A program made the translations under genes and the position numbers. From Halorussus marinus (lineage in GTDB: Archaea; Halobacteriota; Halobacteria; Halobacteriales; Haladaptataceae), in assembly GCF_004765795.1 (NCBI RefSeq), contig NZ_SBIV01000001.1:736236-756235 (forward strand): a stretch of DNA of 20,000 nt. Direction: 5' to 3'. This document shows, piece after piece, positions 16,684-20,000 of this stretch. The stretch's first letter is position 1. Every line of letters starts with the position of its first letter. Under the pieces are notes generated by a model. The model saw nothing but the letters and a program-made list of their open reading frames with translations. It made no database searches and was not told the origin of the DNA.

Positions 16684-16740
16684 AGAACGGCGATCCGTTT
16701 CGCCTCGTATCTACACCTTATCGCCAGAACCACTTAAACG
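16684..16740 (-). repeat. Right copy of the 57-bp inverted repeat flanking the RNAP-epsilon gene
   Basis: Minus strand reads cgtttaagtggttctggcgataaggtgtagatacgaggcgaaacggatcgccgttct. Confidence 0.88.
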
Positions 16741-16748
16741 AACCGCGA

Positions 16749-17702
16749 TCAGCGAGTCGATTCGGACTCGTCGAACGCCGCACGGAGGTGGTCGGCGATC
16801 TCGGCGATGGCCTCGCGGGCGCGGTCGATCTCCTCGGTCATGGTCGCGAAGCCGTGGATCATGTCGTCGTAGTTGACGTGGCGGACGTCGACGCCGTCGG
16901 CCGCCAACTGGTCGGCGTAGTTCGCGCCGCCGTCCCGGAGCGGGTCGAAGCCCGCGGTGAGGACCGTCGCCGGCGGGACCCCCGAGAGGTCACAGGCGTT
17001 CGACGGGTCGGCGTAGGGGTTGCGCTCGTGAACGTCGCTTTCGAAGTAGCACTCACGGAACCACTCTAGATCCCCCCGCTCTAAGACCCGACCGCCGTGT
17101 TTCTCGACCGACTCCTGACCGTCCTCGACGCCGACGCCGGGGTACAGAAGCGCCTGATAGTCGATATCGGGGCCCGCCTTCTCGGCCGCCATCAGGGACG
17201 CGACGGCCGCCAGCGCGCCGCCCGCGCTGTCGCCCGCGACCGCCAGCCGACCGTCGCCCGCGAGCGCGTCGGTGTTGTCGGCCGCCCACTTCGTCGCGGC
17301 GTAGGCGTCCTCGACCGCCGCCGGGAACGGGTGCTCGGGCGCGAGCCGGTAGTCGACCGCCATCACCACGCAGTCGCTCTCGCGGGTCAGATGGCGACAC
17401 AGTAGATCGTGGCTCGCCAGATCGCCGATGACGTACCCGCCGCCGTGGAAGTAGACCACCGTCGGGAACGGCCCCTCGCCGGTGGGCCGGTAGAGTCGGA
17501 CCGGGAGGTCGCCGTCGGGCCCCGGGATCGTCCGATCGACGGTCCGGCCGACCGACGGGGGGTTCCGGTTCTGAACCCAGTTCGTGAGCCGCATCAGGAG
17601 GCGCAAGCGGCCGAGCCCGACCTCTCGGATCGGGGCGAGGCCGAGCCGCTCGCGCCGGTCGAGCATCGCCCGCGCCTGCGGGTGGATCTCGTCGGCTTCC
17701 AT
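16749..17702 (-). CDS. Alpha/beta hydrolase, hormone-sensitive-lipase (family IV) esterase
   Basis: Oxyanion HGGG, DYRLAPEHPFPAA, nucleophile GDSAG, FDPLRD and MIHGF. Confidence 0.93.
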   Translation of the reverse strand: MEADEIHPQARAMLDRRERLGLAPIREVGLGRLRLLMRLTNWVQNRNPPSVGRTVDRTIPGPDGDLPVRLYRPTGEGPFPTVVYFHGGGYVIGDLASHDLLCRHLTRESDCVVMAVDYRLAPEHPFPAAVEDAYAATKWAADNTDALAGDGRLAVAGDSAGGALAAVASLMAAEKAGPDIDYQALLYPGVGVEDGQESVEKHGGRVLERGDLEWFRECYFESDVHERNPYADPSNACDLSGVPPATVLTAGFDPLRDGGANYADQLAADGVDVRHVNYDDMIHGFATMTEEIDRAREAIAEIADHLRAAFDESESTR

Positions 17703-17809
17703 ACCGGCTCTGCGGGCCGTTCTGTCAAAAAGTCGGCGATCGGTGAACCGACCCGAGATCCGACCGCGCGGCGTTCGAGCCCGTCACGTCCCGGCGTCAG
17801 CGAGACGAG

Positions 17810-18415
17810 TCAGCCCTCGGGGTCGTAGAACTCCGCCCGGAGGTCGTCGTCGTCGAGTTCGGTCGCCGTCTCCGAGAGGCGGGTGCGAAGTTCGGCGATC
17901 TCCTCGGTGAGTTCGACGTACTCGTCGTTGGCTTCGAGTTCTTCGGGGGCCTTCTTGGCTTCGATCGCGGCCTTCTTGTTCGCCAGCGACAGGAACCGCC
18001 GCATCTGAGCGTCGTAGGTGGTGCGCCGCACCAGCGTCTCGACGGTCTCGAGGAGCTCTTCGGCGTTCGACACCGGCTTTTCGAGGTACGCGTCGAAGCC
18101 GAGTTCGAGGATGTCGAAGTCGGGTTCGACCGCCGAGACCAGCGCGACCCGGCAGGTGAGCCCCCGATCGTGGATCTCGTCGAGCACGTCCTCGCCCGAG
18201 ATGTCGGGCATCCGCCGGTCGAGGAGCACGACGTCGACCTCGGCGTCGAGCTTGTCGAGCGCCTCGGAACCGCTGTAGGCGGTCCGGACCGCGTACTCCT
18301 CTTCGAGCCACTGTGCGTACGCGTCGGTGATCGGCCGCTCGTCGTCGGCTATCAGGACTGTCGCTTGCTGGGGCATGGAACCGGTCTCGTTCTGACTCCC
18401 TGTTGATTCACTCAT
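17810..18415 (-). CDS. Response regulator: receiver domain + HalX domain
   Basis: VLIADDE, phosphoacceptor VLLDRRMPDISG, VSAVEPDFDI and YLEKPV. C-terminal YD...RRFLSLANKKAAIEAKK...ELEANDEYVEL is HalX-like. An alternative start at MPQQA is possible. Confidence 0.88.
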   Translation of the reverse strand: MSESTGSQNETGSMPQQATVLIADDERPITDAYAQWLEEEYAVRTAYSGSEALDKLDAEVDVVLLDRRMPDISGEDVLDEIHDRGLTCRVALVSAVEPDFDILELGFDAYLEKPVSNAEELLETVETLVRRTTYDAQMRRFLSLANKKAAIEAKKAPEELEANDEYVELTEEIAELRTRLSETATELDDDDLRAEFYDPEG

Positions 18416-18500
18416 ACTCTGTGATCGTAACCTCTCTGGCCGCTCGGTTTCGCGACGCGGCCGATCGACCGCATCCGCGCGTGACTGACACCGAACATGA

Positions 18501-19583
18501 TCAGCTCGACTCCGTCTCGAACGGCGATTTGGCGGTCTCGGGCTCGTAACCGCTCAGGAAGACGAGGTTCCCTCGACCGACCTGGACCCGAGTGATGAGG
18601 CCTTTGTCCTCCATCTTCGAGAGCTTTCGGCTGACGGTGGATTTCGACCAGTCGGTCTCCTCGGTCACGTCGGTCTGTTTCATCCGACCGCCGTAACTGG
18701 TGAGTAGCTCGCGGATGCGGTCCTCGTCGGTGAGCATCGCGTCGTTCGGCACGTCGTCGACCGCGTTTCCGGCGGGCGAGTCGGAGGGGCTCGCCGGGCC
18801 GTCGGTGGTCGGTCGTTGCGTCGAGTTCTCGCCGTTCGACGCGGCGGCGTCTCCGCCCGAGAACAGCGACGACAGCGAGTCCCGGATGGCATCGAACACG
18901 CCGCCGTCGGTGTCGTCGATCTCGACGTCCGTGTCGTGGTTCTGGGTGTGGTCGCTGGTCGCGGTCCGGTCGCCGTACGTCTCGGTCACCGACCACTCCT
19001 CGCCGTCCGGGGACACCTCCACGACCGCGTCGAACAGCGTTTCGAGCGTGTTGATCGTCTTTTCGTCGTGAACGTCCGGATCCATGTGGTAGACCCCGAT
19101 GGCGTCGACGGCCCCGACCCGGTGGGTCAGGATGTGGAGATACCGGAACGCGGTGTCGAAGTCCACGTACTCGAGCAGGACGGTCAGCGTCTGGACCGAC
19201 ACCACCGTCTGGTTGCCGTTGTCCTGCCACCGGGTCAGCTGCTCGCTCAGCGGCGCGATGATGTCCATCGGCTGGTTCGGGTCGACCCGGCCGACCGACA
19301 CGCGCTCGGGAAGCGAGTCTTCCCCGTCGGGCCGCGTCTCGACCGTGTTGGCGTGGATGAACGCGAGTTCCGCGGGAAGCATCCCGACGTGTTCGCGCCA
19401 GTTTGCCACCCACGTCTCGGGCGGCGGCGTGTAGGTCACGGCGGCGACGTTGGTCCGCGCGGGCGGTTCTACGGCCGCGAGCAGTTCGAGACAGGCTCGG
19501 TTGCCTGTCGGCGTTAACGGAGCCAGCAGGAGCACGTTCGAGGACTGTTCGAGCTGTCTCCTGTCGGATGTGTTTATATTCAT
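18501..19583 (-). CDS. Degenerate RecA/KaiC-like (DUF835-like) domain fused to a C-terminal winged HTH; putative transcription regulator, 360 aa
   Basis: Start moved to ATG 19583 (MNINTSD). N-domain SNVLLLAP...VVSVQTLTVLLEYVD...FRYLHILTHRV...YHMDPDVHDEKTINTLETLFDAVVEV lacks a Walker A motif. An acidic linker leads to the wHTH LTDEDRIRELL...GGRMKQTDVTEETDWSKSTVSRKLSKMEDKGLITRVQVGRGNLVFL. Confidence 0.8.
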   Translation of the reverse strand: MNINTSDRRQLEQSSNVLLLAPLTPTGNRACLELLAAVEPPARTNVAAVTYTPPPETWVANWREHVGMLPAELAFIHANTVETRPDGEDSLPERVSVGRVDPNQPMDIIAPLSEQLTRWQDNGNQTVVSVQTLTVLLEYVDFDTAFRYLHILTHRVGAVDAIGVYHMDPDVHDEKTINTLETLFDAVVEVSPDGEEWSVTETYGDRTATSDHTQNHDTDVEIDDTDGGVFDAIRDSLSSLFSGGDAAASNGENSTQRPTTDGPASPSDSPAGNAVDDVPNDAMLTDEDRIRELLTSYGGRMKQTDVTEETDWSKSTVSRKLSKMEDKGLITRVQVGRGNLVFLSGYEPETAKSPFETESS

Positions 19584-19860
19584 TCGTTGTAGGTCGTGTC
19601 CTCGTTCGTTCGGGGGGGGAGATGTCGCAGACAGTTCGCCAAGTATCTGCCCTAACGCTATCGAACGTATTAATCTATCCTTCCCGTACTTGAGTCCGGT
19701 ACGTTCCATTGAACGATACCGGCGTTCTCCGACCCGCCGTCGCGGGTGACGGGTCGAGAACGCGGTGGCGGTACTGAATCCAACCACGCCGAAGAATAAA
19801 AGAACACGGGGAGCCACGAGACCCCCACACTCAAACCGGACGAGCACCAATTCGAGCCCG

Positions 19861-20000
19861 ATGAACGCAGTCATCCTCGCGGCGGGTGAAGGCACGCGGA
19901 TCCGCCCGCTGTCGGCGTCGCTCCCGAAACCGATGTTGCCGGTCGCCGACCGGCCGCTGGCCGCCCACGCCGCGGCCGCCGCCGTCCGGGCCGGCGCCGA
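19861..20000 (+). CDS. Sugar-phosphate nucleotidyltransferase (GlmU/RmlA-like), 5' part
   Basis: Manual translation [36 protein letters not shown] shows the LAAG.GTR.RPL...PKP nucleotidyltransferase signature. Truncated by the window end. Confidence 0.9.
   Translation, partial: MNAVILAAGEGTRIRPLSASLPKPMLPVADRPLAAHAAAAAVRAGA

Noticed and set aside
15787..16740. Inverted repeats as replication-origin ORB boxes, or as a long RNA processing stem around rpoeps
   Set aside because: There is no GTTCCA...GAAAC/G-string ORB consensus and no orc/cdc6 gene. The differences between copies are mostly non-pairing mismatches, and no bulge-helix-bulge motif is evident.
15761..16761. 9-bp direct repeat CGAGTCGAT (15761-15769 and 16753-16761) as a target-site duplication, making the rpoeps cassette a transposon
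   Set aside because: The copies are 17 and 12 nt from the repeat cores (asymmetric), the right copy lies in the esterase coding end, and no transposase is present. Likely chance, though not excluded.
19711..19730. GAA-n10-GTTCTCC resembling the inner end of the rpoeps repeat as a third copy
   Set aside because: It lacks the GATC core and all upstream blocks (TTTAAGTG, TGGCGATAAGG, ATACGAG); too short to be significant.
19584..19895. 104-aa N-terminal extension of the wHTH regulator
   Set aside because: It overlaps the opposite-strand nucleotidyltransferase start and the AT-rich promoter region, and its composition is not halophilic.

Overview
High-GC haloarchaeal (class Halobacteria) chromosomal window with about 18 protein genes. 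The assignment rests on acidic proteins, TATA boxes about 25-30 nt before start codons (leaderless-type) and haloarchaea-typical families. Gene order: MFS transporter (partial), Y-family DNA polymerase IV, YdjM-like membrane metallohydrolase, a SufS cysteine desulfurase fused to a SufU/IscU-type domain, two small Cys/His metal-finger proteins, a DUF1998 (MrfA/Hrq1/SftH-type) helicase, a MoxR AAA+ ATPase, an Htur_1727-family small protein, a translationally coupled four-gene operon (surface transglutaminase-like protein, small membrane protein, DUF58 protein, polytopic membrane protein), the haloarchaeal 'RNA polymerase subunit epsilon' gene, an HSL-family esterase, a HalX response regulator, a degenerate RecA/KaiC-like + wHTH regulator and the start of a sugar-phosphate nucleotidyltransferase. 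The strongest unexplained signal is a pair of 57-bp imperfect inverted repeats (15787-15843 and 16684-16740, 45/57 identical, ungapped) enclosing the 'RNAP epsilon' gene. Each copy holds a BRE/TATA-like element, conserved sequence blocks and a small hairpin with compensatory substitutions. No rRNA, tRNA, CRISPR array or transposase was recognised. Family assignments come from motif recognition by eye, not database searches.
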